Assembly: GCF_009914755.1 (NCBI RefSeq) | Contig: NC_060927.1 | Source of the DNA: the human T2T-CHM13v2.0 reference genome, Homo sapiens | Length of the DNA: 64,000 bases | Reading direction: 5' to 3' (one strand) | Part shown: positions 27,249-41,297 of the stretch, in pieces | Layout of the letters: every line of letters begins with the position of its first letter | How positions within the stretch are numbered: position 1 is the first letter of the stretch | Translations under genes and position numbers: made by a program | Notes under the pieces: model-generated | What the model was told of the DNA's origin: nothing | Seen by the model: only the letters and a program-made list of their open reading frames with translations | Databases searched by the model: none

Positions 27249-28681
27249 ATTTGTGTTTAAAATTTCCTTGCATTTGAAAATTTTGCAAGAGAACATACGA
27301 CAATGTCAACCTATTGCTCGGGTACCTTTTATGGCCTTGGGAGTAGCCTGTGAAACTGAGGGTCCCTGAAACTTAAACTTCATTAGCTTTGTAGCACATC
27401 TGCCTATAATAACCAAGAATTTTGTTTCCAACAAAAATATTTCCCTACCTGAGGTTTTTCTCATCAGTAAACAAATATTCTTTTACATATATCATGAATA
27501 AAATGTCTTGACAATTCTTTGCTCTCACACTATCACCTCATTATTTTTCTTTCCTTTATAGTAAAACTATTTTTTAAACAGCAAAACTGTGTTGGATAAA
27601 TTCACTCTAATTCCTCCCCGCCTAGGTTCTTCAAATTTGCTACATGCTTCCTTAATCTTTATCTCTCCTTTCAAACTGTTTTTGTCAATGTCACCAGTGA
27701 AGTAACCTCAAAATCCCACATTCACCCACTCTTACCTGCAGCTCCTGAAAACTTTCTCATCTCAGTTAATAGTGACTTCATTCTTCCACTTACTCAGGCC
27801 AAAATACTAGAGTCATCTCTGATTCATGGTTGCTCTCATAAAATTGTCAGAAAATCCTGTAGGCTCTCCCTTCCAGTACCTCTTGGTATAAGTCATCATC
27901 CTCTCTCACATAGAGTAATGCCACAGTCTCCTAAATGGTCAGTCTCTCTTCACTCTATTCTCAACAGTGCTGTTGGAGAATTTGAAACTATAAGCCAGGC
28001 CCATCTGCCGCTCAAAACACTTCCATAGCTTATACTTTTACTTGGAATATAAGCTGAAGTCTTTACAAAGGCTCTAAAAGCTCTTCCCAATCTGTCCATG
28101 GCCTTCCTGCCCTCATCTCTACTCCTCCTTTGCTCACTCAGCCTTCCTTGTTAGTTCTTGAACATCTGGGTGGGCTCCCAGGCAGGGCAGTTCCTCTATC
28201 TGCAGTGCTCTGGCTTGGACTATCCATGCTGCTGGGCCCTTCTCGCTTTCAGTCTTTACTCAAATTTTATCTTCTCAGTCATGCTTCCCTGATCATTTAA
28301 ATTTAAATGATTTATTTAATTAAAATTTAATAAAATTAAATTTTAAAATTTAATGTTGCACTCTCTACAATTTTTCTATAGACTTCTGCTTTAGAAGTCT
28401 GTAGAACTAATAGCACTAATCTCTACTCATATTCTATAGATCATGATTATTCTGTTTATTATCTGTTGATCCCCTTGACTCCACCCCCACTTTCTAAGAA
28501 CAGAAGCTCCAAGAAGGCAGGGTACTGCTGGAATGAAGAATATTGGCCAGTACACACACAAAAAGGCGCTCAGTAAAAATGTATTTGTTGAATACATGAA
28601 AGAACAAATGAAGGACTAAAACTTTCTCTTATATTTCTGATGTACCTCTCATCAGTAACATACAACTGGAATATTCTTTAA

Positions 28682-29050
<369 letters not shown>

Positions 29051-29472
29051 TGATGGTATATTTTCGATTTTTTCTCCCATCTTAGTATTTTTGAAAATGT
29101 TGCTATTTCTACACATCTTTCACTTTTCTCCTTTCTTGTTTTCAATTGGATTGCTGAGGAATTTTTTCCCATTTCCAATTTTCCTCTCTACTAACTTGGA
29201 AACTATTGTCAACCAGCCTTAGAAGCATGGACTCTCTATTCATAGTTTAATTTGCTAGTCTAATAAATGGATTTTTTTATAGCTAAAGAAAGCACTAAGC
29301 TTCACCATATACCATTCTTCCTTGTCCATTTGTAAAGTTCAGAGGTATAATGACAAATTTTTTAAGTGCAACTTTTAAAACTAAACAAAATATCATACTC
29401 AAACATATCTCAGCACAAATGGAAACTTGAAAGGTGAAGCCCCCTAACTATATAGTTAGAGAACATGCCTAC

Positions 29473-30071
29473 TGTTGACAAAAAGAGTCAAACACTGTAA
29501 AATATTTGAAGATATTTATTCTGAGACAAAGCCTGATTAATGGACCATGACATAGCCCTCAGGAGATCCTGAGAACATGTGCCCAAGGTGGTTGGGTCGC
29601 AACTTGGTTTTCTACATATTAGGGAGACATATGGCAACAATCAATACATGTAAGATGTACATTGGTTTGGTCCAGAAAGGCAGGACAACTGGAAGCCAGG
29701 GTTTCCAAGTCACAGGCAGATTCAAAAATTTTCTGATTGGCAATTGATTGAAAGAGTTATTATCTATAGAAAGGAATGTCTAGGTTACCATAAGGGATTA
29801 TGGAGACCAAGGTTTTGTCATACAGATGAAGCCTCCCGGTAGCAGGATTCAGAGAGAATAGATTGTAAGTGTTTATTATCAGACTTAAAGAGTGTTCTGT
29901 CAGCAGTTCCAAAAGAGAAGAGGGTATAATGAGGTATGTCCAGCTCCCCCTTCCCATCACAGCCTGAACTAATTTTTCAGGTTAACTTTGGAATGCCCTT
30001 AGCTGAGAGGAGGGGTCCAGTCTGTTAAGATGGTTGAGGGGTAGGCAGTAACACTTTATTTTTGGTTTACA
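29473..30071 (-). mobile_element. MER4-family (MER4B-like) ERV1 solo LTR
   Basis: TG...CA termini; minus strand starts TGTAAACCAAAAATAAA; MER4 body motifs; perfect 4-bp TSD ctac. Confidence 0.9.
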
Positions 30072-30462
30072 CTACCTTAAGACAGTCTGACTGTACTGTA
30101 GAATTACTTCAGAAATGTTAAACAACACTGATGTCTGGGCCTCATTTCCACACAGTGAAATCATAACCCTCAGTGAGGAACAGACAGCAGGTAGCTCCAA
30201 TGATTCTAATGTGTAGTCAGAGATGAGTGTCGCTGCCATGAATCATTCATATGCCTGAGCTGGCAACACCTGGCATTTTATATTCCAAATATCTTTACAT
30301 ACTATTCTCAATCTCTAACTTTCTATTTATAGCAGATAAAAATTCACAGATTCATATTTTCCACAAAGTTTTTCTTCTCACTATTTGAAATTCTTACTTA
30401 TTAGAAATTATGTTGAATTGACAAACATTTTGTAAGTCAGATATCATCTAGAAAGTTACAAG

Positions 30463-30662
30463 CAGTGGTGTGTTGGTATTTAAACACTGATTTTCTCAAG
30501 GGGAAGAAGACTGATTTGTAGCATTTGCCAATTTCACTGGTGTAAATACTTCCACAATGACCAGTGTTAAGCTATCAACTAGCTGTCACTAATATTGGAA
30601 TTAGGAAGAGAGGTGCACAGTTAGCTTTCATGAGCCTGTGAGCCTGCTCCAGGACACAATTG
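30463..30662 (+). mobile_element. MER63A (hAT-Blackjack)
   Basis: cagtggtgtgttggta...ctgatttgtagcatttgccaatttc...ggtgtaaatact...gctccaggacac. Confidence 0.78.
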
Positions 30663-31435
30663 AGTGTAAGGTTTTCAATCACATTACAGAATGATAGATT
30701 CACCACCTCATTTCACAAATGAAGGATCCAACATGCAGAGGGTTTAAGTCACTTTTTCTAAATGAAACATTTACTTATGAGAATATTGGCAATTAATATT
30801 GAAGCAGAATGTGAGATGAAACTGTAAAATTATGTGAAAACACACACACATACATATTAATTAATAAAAATCCCAATTAACCTAACATTATGTATTGACT
30901 GACTTTCTTTTCTATTGCTAAGGTGTGATGTCTCTTCATTACTTAGTAAGTGCTTATATATAACAGGCATGTTCCTGGTTTACGTATTATGCTCCATTTT
31001 CTCTATTACTCTTCTTTAGATTAAAATTTGTTTTCACATTTACCAGGACATTCTGCCTCAATTCTCCTCTTTTGAAACTATGGCTTGGCTCTTTCTTACA
31101 TATTTTTCCAGATATCTTTAAAATATTTTAAATTATTTTCAAATAAATTATTTATAATTTTGTTTAGAATTAACCAATTAAATATGTAATTAAGGAAAAT
31201 TAATAGTTATTAAACATTAAGAATTTCCATCAGAGGAATTTTAATGCATTTATTATTTTTGTTGTTATTAGGAGTCAGTTTTCTTTCTTCATTTAAAAGT
31301 AAATAAAAGATTTTCATAGAAAAATTATTAATTCTGTTTCTTGGCCAATTATATTTTCAAGATATGAAAACATATAAATACAATAAACTATGCCATATAT
31401 ATGTACACAACCATACAAATACATATATATATACA

Positions 31436-32391
31436 CATTTGATCCTCATTCTCAAGTTGCATATTTGTGAATTTGCATGCTCACTAAAATTTATTTGTAA
31501 CCCCACAATCAATACTCCGGGTGCTTTAATGGTCATTCAATGTCAGTTGTGACTATGTACGGAGCAGCAAAAACTTTGAGTCACCCCCACTGATGCACAT
31601 TCCCAGCGAGGTCAAACAAGGTGATGCTTCACCTTCTTGTTTCAACTGTTTACCTTAAGAAGTGCCCTTTCTGTGGTCCATTTAGTGCTGTTCTTTAACG
31701 ATTTTTTGTGCTTTTTGTTTGTGATTTTTGGTTTAAAATGGCTTCTAAGTATAGGGCTGTAGCCTACTGTCCCTAAGCACAAGAAGGCTTAATGTGTCGT
31801 AAGGAGGAGAAAATATGTGTGTTAGATAAGCTTCGTTTGGGTGTGTGTTATAGTGCTGTTGACCTTGCGTTCAACATCGATGAATCAACAATACGGTATA
31901 TCCAGGAAAGGGGAGAAGAAATTCGTTGATTTATATCTGAAGCTACTCTCGAAAGTGCTAAAGTGACACCTATAGTGCTTGATGAAGCTACAGAAAAAAA
32001 ATAGAAATGGGTAAATTTGTGTCATCATGGGATGACAATCAATAAAAAAGGTGTATTAAACATCACTATTATGAGGCTAAAAGCCAAAGAAATTTACAGT
32101 CACATAACCAGAGCCGGTAAAATGATAAGCCCTTTGTGGCTAGTGTTTTATAATGAAGAAATACTGCATATAATTATTTGTAAGAAATGTATATTAAATA
32201 CTGTCTTTAAATAGAAATACACATAAAACATGGTTATATATTGATTGGTTTATGAAAATGTTATGACCAGAGGCTTATAGGAAGCTAACCCTGTATTTCA
32301 CCCAGGAGCAGTAGCACAGTATTCAGTAATTCAGTGTTGGAGGCGATTTTATAGAAGAACATAATTACCATGAATGACAGGAATCAACTCT
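31436..32391 (+). mobile_element. MER82/Tigger6-like TcMar-Tigger DNA transposon with transposase N-terminal remnant
   Basis: MER82-type ends (gatcctcatt...ctaaaatttatttgtaacccc; gaacataattaccatgaatgacaggaatcaact); internal degenerate CENP-B-type HTH coding (aagcacaagaaggc...gtgttagataagcttcgt...gaatcaacaatacggtatatc). Confidence 0.8.
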
Positions 32392-32392
32392 A

Positions 32393-32455
32393 TATGATTA
32401 CATGTATGATTACATGTATGATTACATGTATGAATACATGTATGATTACATGTAT
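32393..32455. repeat. Tandem repeat (TATGATTACATG) x5
   Basis: Five 12-bp units with one substitution. Confidence 0.95.
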
Positions 32456-33207
32456 TTTACAGAGTTTAGGTAGCTGATTTTTATGTACTTCGGATGTTGT
32501 ATGTGTGTGCACATATAGATTAGTATACACATGAATTTTCTATCCAAACATTTAAGTATTTTCTCATATTATTATAAATTATTTCTCATCATTACTTTTA
32601 ATGAATACTTAAGGTTTTCTGTGGAAAAATATACTTATGTCACCATTGCCCCTTTGTTTACGGAGTCATATTCAAGTTTCTAATGTCTAATATAGAACTA
32701 AATGTATTTTATTATCCACATATAGGATTATTTCTTAATAATAAATTGTAGGAGCCCTTTTCTGCTTTGTCATAATGTTGTAATATTTCTTTACTTAAAA
32801 AGCTTTAAAAATTTATGTTCTCATTTTTTATATAAATGTGAAAGTAAAACAATAATGTTGAAACTCCTATATGAAATATTAGGAATATAATATTTTTGTG
32901 TCATGTTTTGGAATGACAGAACCTAACTACCCAAACTTAACTACCCCCAACCATTTAAATAATTTCATTAATTTAACTCAAGATTTAATCTTTATCTGAT
33001 TTTCTCTAATATTTAAATTTGCATGCAAATGTATAAAGAATTAGCTTAGGTCTATATGTTTATTCGGTTTAACGCTCAAAGTCGATCCTTTTCAGTAAGA
33101 ATAACCTGGATAACAGATACCTGATTTTTATTTTGTGTTTAGTGTTTATACTGTTTTTAGCAGGCCTTTTGCCAATTAATCATTAACATGAACTCTATCT
33201 TTGCATC

Positions 33208-33502
<295 letters not shown>

Positions 33503-35278
33503 TGCATCCTGAACCTAGATGATTTACAACTTGATGATGTATGATTTGGGCACTGATTTTTTTCTTTTAAGGTTTTATAGATATTGCTTTATTTTCTTAT
33601 ATCGTTTGGTATTATAAGATGCATTCTGAGGTCAGTTTGATGTTTGTTCCATTATACATATGCTGTTTATGTTGTTTTTATTGTTCAAATCATTGGATCA
33701 AATTACTGAAGATGGTGGTATGTCATCTTGTATATTCAAATATATTTTCCCCAAGTTCTAAGACTTCAGTACTTAACATTCTAAAATCATATGTATATTA
33801 AGTTTTAAAACCATATTATTTCAATTAAAAACAGTTTGGTTGATGAAACATTGCAGAACAGTTATTTCTGTTTGAGTTTCATTGTTACAGTATAATCTCT
33901 ATAATTTGTTTTTGCTTAGAAGTGTGGACAGAACAAGATAATGTATTATGAGATATTTTAAACTATTAGCATAAACTATTAGCATATGTGATTGGAAGAT
34001 TTTTATATTATATTAATGTGATTATTTCCATTATTTCTTTGAAGATTATATTTTCCTCATCAAAATAAAATATATTTGTTGTAACCAAAATATATTAAAT
34101 AAATTATAATATAATATCTTATAGAATATTTTCGGCTTCCTTTAAGAAGCTGGTATTCAATTGACTGATAGTATTATTTATTCCTTTGGACCGTTTTGGG
34201 TTCTTTAAAGCATATATCTTCAGCTTACATAATCTACATTGGCGGTCAAACATTAACTAAGATGCAATCCTTTGCATTTTATGGTTGATCATAATCTTAT
34301 GGTTATGCTTATCCATGTGTACAGATGACTGTTTTAAGAAAGTGCAATGCAGAGTTACAGTGCAGGCAAACTAGGGTTTATCATACCATTAAGTAGCATT
34401 TAGCTTACCACAACTTGTTTTTCTCTCAGGAGAAAATAACACTCAATGCAACTTATGATTTTCTTTCCCTATCAGAATCTCCTTAGCCACCACGCAACAT
34501 TAAAACAACAGGCAAATGAAGTCCATTAAAGGTGGGTGTGATCCTTACAATGAGGTATGCAGTGTCTTTTAGAGTGTAGACCTCGTGGACATGTGCAGAA
34601 AAACAGTTAATATTTCCTCCTCATTAACTCCTTAGAGTTTGAGATTTGGCCATGAGACATAGTTTCTTTCAACCACCATTCATGCGTTGTTATTTACTTC
34701 TGCTCAGATTGTAGTATTTTTTATGATATTCTTTATAAAACAATGTGTAGCAATGCCTCATAAGCTATTGTTGCCATCTGTTTTTTCCACTAATTCCTGG
34801 AACATTCACCTGCCCTGAACATTCATAAAATTTGCATTTTAACACCCAGTGTGACAATTTTTCTAGGAGTTTTTGATGTCCCTCTAGTACTATATTTTCT
34901 ACCTGCTTTGCCAGCCATTTCAGTTTATAACATTTCTCCAGAATGACAAATAAAGGCAGAGACTAAATTAGAGTAAAAAAATAGCTTACAAAAAGGCACT
35001 AAATATGGGAAACTCCACAATGCTTTCTTTATTTTGGCAGAGAACATAAGCCATTACTCATTCTCTTTTGTTAACAGGCAATAAAAAATGCTTATTAACT
35101 ACAATCTTCAGTATAATTCTATAATATTTTGGCAAGGAACTAAACTTTGATAAATTAATGCTGTTCTACAGCAACAATAAACACATTTAGCGAACATTTA
35201 AACCCTTTGCAATGTGACTTCAACCTGTCTTTCCAGATTTTTTTCTTTTCCTTTAAGCAGGAGGTAATGTATCGTCAT

Positions 35279-35460
35279 CACTGGTATGCTGGTGAATGTT
35301 TAACAACCAACTATTTGAAAAAATATTCTGATTTTTAGTGTTTGCCAATTTCTGAGGTGTGAATACTTCAACCGTGGTTGATTTCAAACATGCTCCTTTG
35401 AGAAGAGATCTGCATAATCAGCACTCAATATTTTATACAAGCCAGCCCAGAACGCCCCTG
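35279..35460 (+). mobile_element. MER63A-like (second copy)
   Basis: tgctggtgaatgtttaacaacc...gtttgccaatttc...gaagagatctgca. Confidence 0.65.
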
Positions 35461-35689
35461 GGTGTGCTGAAGTCAGTTTGGAATTCTGTTATACTATTTA
35501 TGAGTTATGTGATTGAGGTCAAGCTGCCAAATCTTCTTCTTTCTTTATATTCTCACCTATAAGGTAAAACTTAACATGTAGGGGTTTTTAAAAATAGAGA
35601 TGCTATATGCAAAGCAATGTGCATGTTAGCAAATAATAGATTCACTGAGTAGTAGGTACTGTTATTGTTATTACATCCTCCTACATTTC

Positions 35690-36059
35690 TGTCTTAGTCA
35701 GCTCAGGTTGACATAACAAAATACCGCAGATTGGTTGGGTTAATTAACAGATTTTTTTTTTGTACATTTGGAGGCTAGACGTTTAAGATTGAGGTGCCAC
35801 TGGAATAGGTCTCTACTGAGACCTCTCATCCGGCTTGCAGATAGCTACCTTCTCATGGTTGTCTCACATGGCCTTTTCCTCTGTATGTTCCTGGAGAAAG
35901 ATCTCTTGTGTCTCTTCCTCTCCTTGTAAAGACAGCAGTCCTATTAGATTAGGACCCAACTCTTATGACCTTATTTAACCTCGATTATTTCCTAAAAGGT
36001 CCTATCTCTAAATTCAGTGTCCATATGAATTTTGGGGAAACACATTTCAGTCTCTAACA
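35690..36059 (-). mobile_element. MLT1A0-like MaLR LTR
   Basis: tgtcttagtcagctcagg...ataacaaaatacc...ggcttgcagatagctaccttctc...cagtctctaaca. Confidence 0.85.
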
Positions 36060-36326
36060 ATCCCTGCGCATCCTCTAGGTTTTTCCCTGTGTACTTGCTA
36101 TTTCCCAGGCATGCTTTGTTCTTGCTATTTTCTGTAATGATATGTCATGTTGATAGATGAGTTCAGATTGTCAAATCCAAATTTATCAAAGTCCACCATA
36201 GCTACCATTATCTTCAGAAATACCTTCCTGATCACCCTGACAAAAATAATCTTTCTCATTTTAGCACTCAAAAAGCTTCGGTTGTATCTTTCCTATGATG
36301 CCTATCTTTCTCTGACAAGTGTTATG

Positions 36327-36450
36327 CCATATTTCATTAATTCTAACATACAAATTTTTCTCCACTTTAACATCCCTGAGATGTTTTGCTCTGATCTTAA
36401 GACAGAATAAAGATGAGGACTGCCTTATCAATTAAAAATACTTTAATAAC
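36327..36450 (+). mobile_element. MER104/Kanga-like TcMar remnant
   Basis: ccatatttcattaattctaa...tttaacatccctgag resembles the MER104 TIR region. Confidence 0.4.
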
Positions 36451-38754
36451 ACCTTACATCATTGGCCAGCATTAGTAATATGACATAGAAATATTTCTTC
36501 AAATGCTCATTTTGCCAATGCTTTCATATATATATAGGCACTTAACAAAATTAAAAGCAAAATTACATCTATGAATATAAAATTTTCTTCACATGTGAAA
36601 AGTTCAGTTTTTACATTCCTTTATTCTGTAAAAATATATTATTTAGCATATATTTTAGTTGATTTGGCAACTTGCAAATAAGATCTCTGCTCATGTGGAC
36701 AAATTTAAAATAGGGAGAAATGAGTAACTTTCTATGTGCTGTGATTTTAAATTCTAAATTAAAGAAGCCTAATTTAAATTACCTAAATAAAAAAGTACAT
36801 TTATATTAACCATATTATATTAAAGCATAATACTCAAAATGGTAAAATCAGGACTCATATAAATACAAAATAAATATGTATCCAAGGGGGTAAGGTGTTG
36901 ATCTAAAACTGGTTAATCTGGTTAATGTCTTACAGGGTGATAAATCTTTGAGATTTTGTTGGTTCTCCTAAAAGAAACTGTTTGCATTTGTACTGGAAAA
37001 CCATTACAAGTTAACCTCTATCCTTAAGTAGTGATAAAATAGGCAGTTAGAGGCAGAGCAAGATGGCTGAATAGAAACCTCCACCAAGTATCTCCCCCTG
37101 CAGGAACACCAAATTTAACAACTATCTACACAAAAAAGCACCTTCATAAGACCCAAAAATCAGATGAGTGATCACAATACCAGGTTTCAACTTCATATTG
37201 ACAAAAGAGCACCGAAGAGGGTAGAAAAGACAGTCTGAAATTGCTGACACCACCCCTCCCACTCCACGACAGCTGCTGGCCATGTGGTGTGGAGAAGAAA
37301 TCTGTCTGCTTCGGGGAGGGAGAGTACAGTGATTGTGGGACTTTATACTAGGACTCAGTGCTTCCAACACTGGGCAAAACTCAGCTAGCACCCATGTAGA
37401 GAACATTTAGACCAGCCCTAGCCAGAGGGGAATTTCACATTTAAGTGGTCAGAACTTGAATTTCAACAAGCCTCCCCACTGTGGGCTAAAGTGCTCTGGG
37501 GTACTAAATCAGCTCGAAAGGCAGTCTAAGCCACCAGGACTTCAGTTATGAGGCAAGTCCTAGTGCTGAACTGGGCTTGGAACTAGTGGACTTGCCGGGC
37601 ATGCAACCTATTGAGACACCAGCCTGGGTGGCTAAGGGAGAGCCTGTGCTATCCCTCCCCAGCCCCAGGCAGTGCAGCTCACCGCTCCAGAAGAGATCCC
37701 TTCCTCTGCCTTAGGAGAGGAGAGGGAAGAGTAAAGCCTTTGTCTTGCAACTTGGATACCAGCCCAGCCACAGCAGGATAAGACACCAGGCAGATTTACG
37801 AGGTCCCCATTCCAGGCCCTATATCCCAAATGACATTTCCAGATGCACCCTGGGCCAGAGGGGAACCTGCTGCCTTGAAGAGAAGAATATAGTCCTTGCA
37901 AGATTCATCACCTGCTGATCAAAGGGTCATTTGGCTCTGAATTATCAGCAGTGGTATAACCAGATAGTACATGCTACAGGCCTAGGGTGAGATTCTGAGA
38001 TGTGCTAGCTTCAGGTGTGACCCAACACATTCACCACTGTGGTGGCTATGAGAAAAGAACCTTCTGCTTAAGAAAAGCAGAGAGAAGAGCAAAGGAGACT
38101 TTCTCCTGAGCTTAGGTACCAGCTCAGCCACAGTGAGAAAGAGCAGAAGCAGGCTATTAGAGTCCCTGATTCCAGAACTTGGCTTTTGGATGGCAACCCT
38201 GGACCTACCCTGGGCCAGAGGGAATCCTACTGTCCTGAAGGGTGGGTCCCAGGCCCGAAAACATTCACCAAAAGCTAATTGAAGAGCCCCCGGGCTTTAA
38301 GTGAACATCAGTGGTACTCTGGCAAAAGTCCCTGTGGGCCTGCGGTGGTGGTGTATATGGGGAGAGACTCCTTTCCCTGGGGAAAGGGGAAGGAATAGTG
38401 GGAAGAACTTTGTCTGGTGGTTTCAGTGCCAGCTTAGCTGTTGCAGGTAGATCTGTAAGGTTTCGGACTCCAGGCTCTGGCTCCTGGACAACATCTCTGG
38501 ACCTTCTTTGGGTCTGGGGGAACTTGCTTCTCCAAAGGAAAGGACAAAAGCCTGGATATCCTTCCCATCTACTTATTGCAGAGCCCTAAGGTATTGAAAA
38601 GATATAAGCAGTAGCCAGGTAGTAGTTACAATGGGTTTGGGGGAAGACACATTAATGGTCTGGCTTCAGGTTTGACGCTGCACAGTCCCAGTAATGGTGG
38701 TCACAGAGGTGTTTATGTCACATCTGACCCAGCACCAAGCAGCTCAGCACAGGC

Positions 38755-38801
38755 AGAGAGAGAGAGAGAGAAAGAAAGAGAGAGAGAAAGAGAGAGAGAG
38801 A
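38755..38801. repeat. (GA)n microsatellite in the L1 5'UTR
   Basis: agagagagag...aaagaaagagag read directly. Confidence 0.9.
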
Positions 38802-39521
38802 GGCTCCATTTGTTAGGGAGAAAGTAAGGAAGATAACAAGAGTCTGCCTGGTAATCCAGAGAATTCTTCCAGATCTTACCCAAGGCCACCAATGTGGTAC
38901 ATCTATGAGTCTGAAAGAACCATAATATTACTGGGCTTGAGGTAGCTTCTCATGCAGATATGGCTGCAGTGAGCAAAAACTTAGATTCAACACCAAGTCC
39001 TTTCAAATATCTGGAAAGCCTTCCCAAGATGTATGGGGTCAAATAAGCCCAGGCTGCAAAGGCTACAATAAATACCTAACGTGTCAATGCCCAGACATTG
39101 ATGAAAATCTACAAGCAACAAAATCATCAAGAAAACATGACCTCACGAAACTAAATAAGGCACCAGGGACCAATCCTAGAGAGACAGGGATATGTGACCT
39201 TTTAGACAGGGAATTCAAAATAGCTGTTTTGAAGAAACTCAAATATGTTCAAGATAACACAGAGAAGGAATTCAGAATCCTATCAGATAAATTTAACAAA
39301 GAAACTGAAATAATAAAAAAGAATCAACCAGGAATTCTGGAGTTAATTAATGCAATTGATGTACCTAAGAATTTGTCAGAGTCTCTTAATAGCAGGATTG
39401 ATAGAGCAGAAGAAAGAACTAATCAGCTTGAAGACAGGCTATTTGAAAATATGGTCAGAGGAGTTAAAAGAAAAAAGAATAAAAAACAATGAAGCATTAC
39501 TACAAGATCTAGAAAACAGCC

Positions 39522-41297
39522 GTGAGAAGCAGCTTCTCCATTCTTCCTTGTATCTCCACTGGGTTCAGGCCACCTGCCTCCACTCCTGCCTCCACCATGT
39601 CCATCAGGGTGACCCAGAAGTTCTACAAGGTGTTCACCTCTGGCCCCTGGGCCTTCAGCAGCAACTCCTACACAAGTGGGCCTGGTGTCCACATCAGTTT
39701 CTCAAGCTTCTCCCGAGTGGGCAGCAGCAGCTTCTGGGGTGGCCTGGGCAGAGGCTGTGATGGGGCCAGCAGCAAGGGAGGCATCACAGCTGTCACAGTC
39801 AACCAGAGCCTGCTGAGCCCCCTTAACCTGCAGGTGGACCCCAACATCCAGGCCATGTGCACCCAGGAGAAGGAGCAGATCAAGACCCTCAACAACAAGT
39901 TTGCCTCCTTCATTGACAAAGTATGGTTGCTGGAGCAGCAGAACAAGATGCTGGAGATGAAGTGGAGCCTTCTGCAGCAGCAGAAGATGACTCTGAGTAA
40001 CATGCACAGCATGTTACAGAGCTACATCAACAACCTTCAGCGGCAGCTGGAGACTCTGGGTCAGGAGAACCTGAAGCTGGGGGCAGAGCTTGGCAGCATG
40101 CAGGGGCTAGTGGAGGGCTTCAAGAACAAATATAAGGATAAGATCAATAAGCGTACAGAGATGGAGAATGAATTTGTCCTCATCAAGAAGGTTGTAGATG
40201 ACGCTTACATGAACAAGGCAGAGCTGGAGTCTCACCTGGAAGGGCTGACTGATGAGATCAACTTCCTCAGGCAGCTGTATGAAGAGGAGATCCGGGAGCT
40301 GTCCTAGATCTTGGACACATCTGTGGTTCTGTCCATGGACAACAGCTGCTCCCTGGACATGGGCAGCATCATCGCTGATGTCAAGGCCCAGTATGAAGAG
40401 ATCGCCTATGCAGCTAGGCCAAGGCTGAGAGCATGTACCAGATCAAATATGAGGAGCTGCAGATGCTTGCTGGGAAGCATGGGGATGACCTGTGTCATAC
40501 AAAGATGGAGATCTCTGAGATGAATGGGAACATCAACTGGCTCCAGGCTGAGATAGAGGGCCTCAAAGGCCAGAGGGCTTTCCTGGAGGCCGCCATCACA
40601 GATGCTGAGCAGCATGGGGAGCTGGCTGTTAAGAATGCCAACACCAAGCTGTATGAGCTGGGGCCCGCCCTGCAGTGGGCCAAGCAGGACATGGTACAGC
40701 AGCTGCATGAGTGGCAGGAGCTGATGAAATCCAGCTGGCTCTGGACATTGAGATTGCCACCTACAGAAAGCTGCTGGAGGGCATGGAGAGCTGGCTGGAG
40801 TTGGGGATGCAGAACATGCAGAACATGAGTATCCATATGAAGACCTCCAGTGGCTATGCAGGTGGGCTGAGCTCAGCCTATGAGGACCTCACAAGCCCCA
40901 GCCTCAGCTATGGCCTGGTCTCCAGCTTTGGCTCTGGCATGGGCTCCACCTCCTTTAGTTGCACCAGCTCCATCAGGGCCATGGTTGTGAAGAGGATCAA
41001 GACCCACAATGAGAAGCTGGTGTCAAAGTCTCTGATGTCCTGCCCAAGTGAACAGCCATGGCAGCCCTTCCTAGGCTACCCATCCTGCAGCTGTCTCAGA
41101 GCCCATGGGGGAGGCAGCTGTGCAGGGGAATGCAAGACCCACCTGAGGTTCAGCCCTAGCCTTCAGCCCACCTGCAGGGGCAGCTTACTGCCTATGGCAC
41201 CCCCCTTGCCCATGACTCCAGCTACAAAACAATTTTTTCCCCAAAATAAAACCTCAGCTAGTTATGCACACACACACACAAACACACACACACACAC
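39522..41297 (+). pseudogene. KRT8P: Processed keratin 8 pseudogene (full-length mRNA copy; locus number not determinable)
   Basis: Intronless KRT8 copy: 5'UTR agaagcagcttctcc; ATG 39597 MSIRVTQK..., [27 protein letters not shown]; premature TAG 40305-40307; frameshifts near 40408, 40730 and 41030; native TGA 41049-41051; AATAAA 41245-41250; tail replaced by (CA)n. Confidence 0.97.

Noticed and set aside
32393-32455. CRISPR-like array
   Set aside because: Head-to-tail tandem repeats with no spacers, in mammalian DNA.
35225-35270. Microexon (…tttaagcag|gag|gtaatg, or 27 nt from ttccag)
   Set aside because: The donor is weak, there is no supporting gene context, and such patterns are common by chance.
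39350-40307. L1 ORF1-KRT8 fusion protein
   Set aside because: The ORF1 frame (...[10 protein letters not shown]) reads into KRT8 out of frame, and upstream ORF1 is itself broken.
39423-40836. Antisense ORFs over the KRT8 copy
   Set aside because: Shadow ORFs expected from the codon bias of a GC-rich coding sequence.
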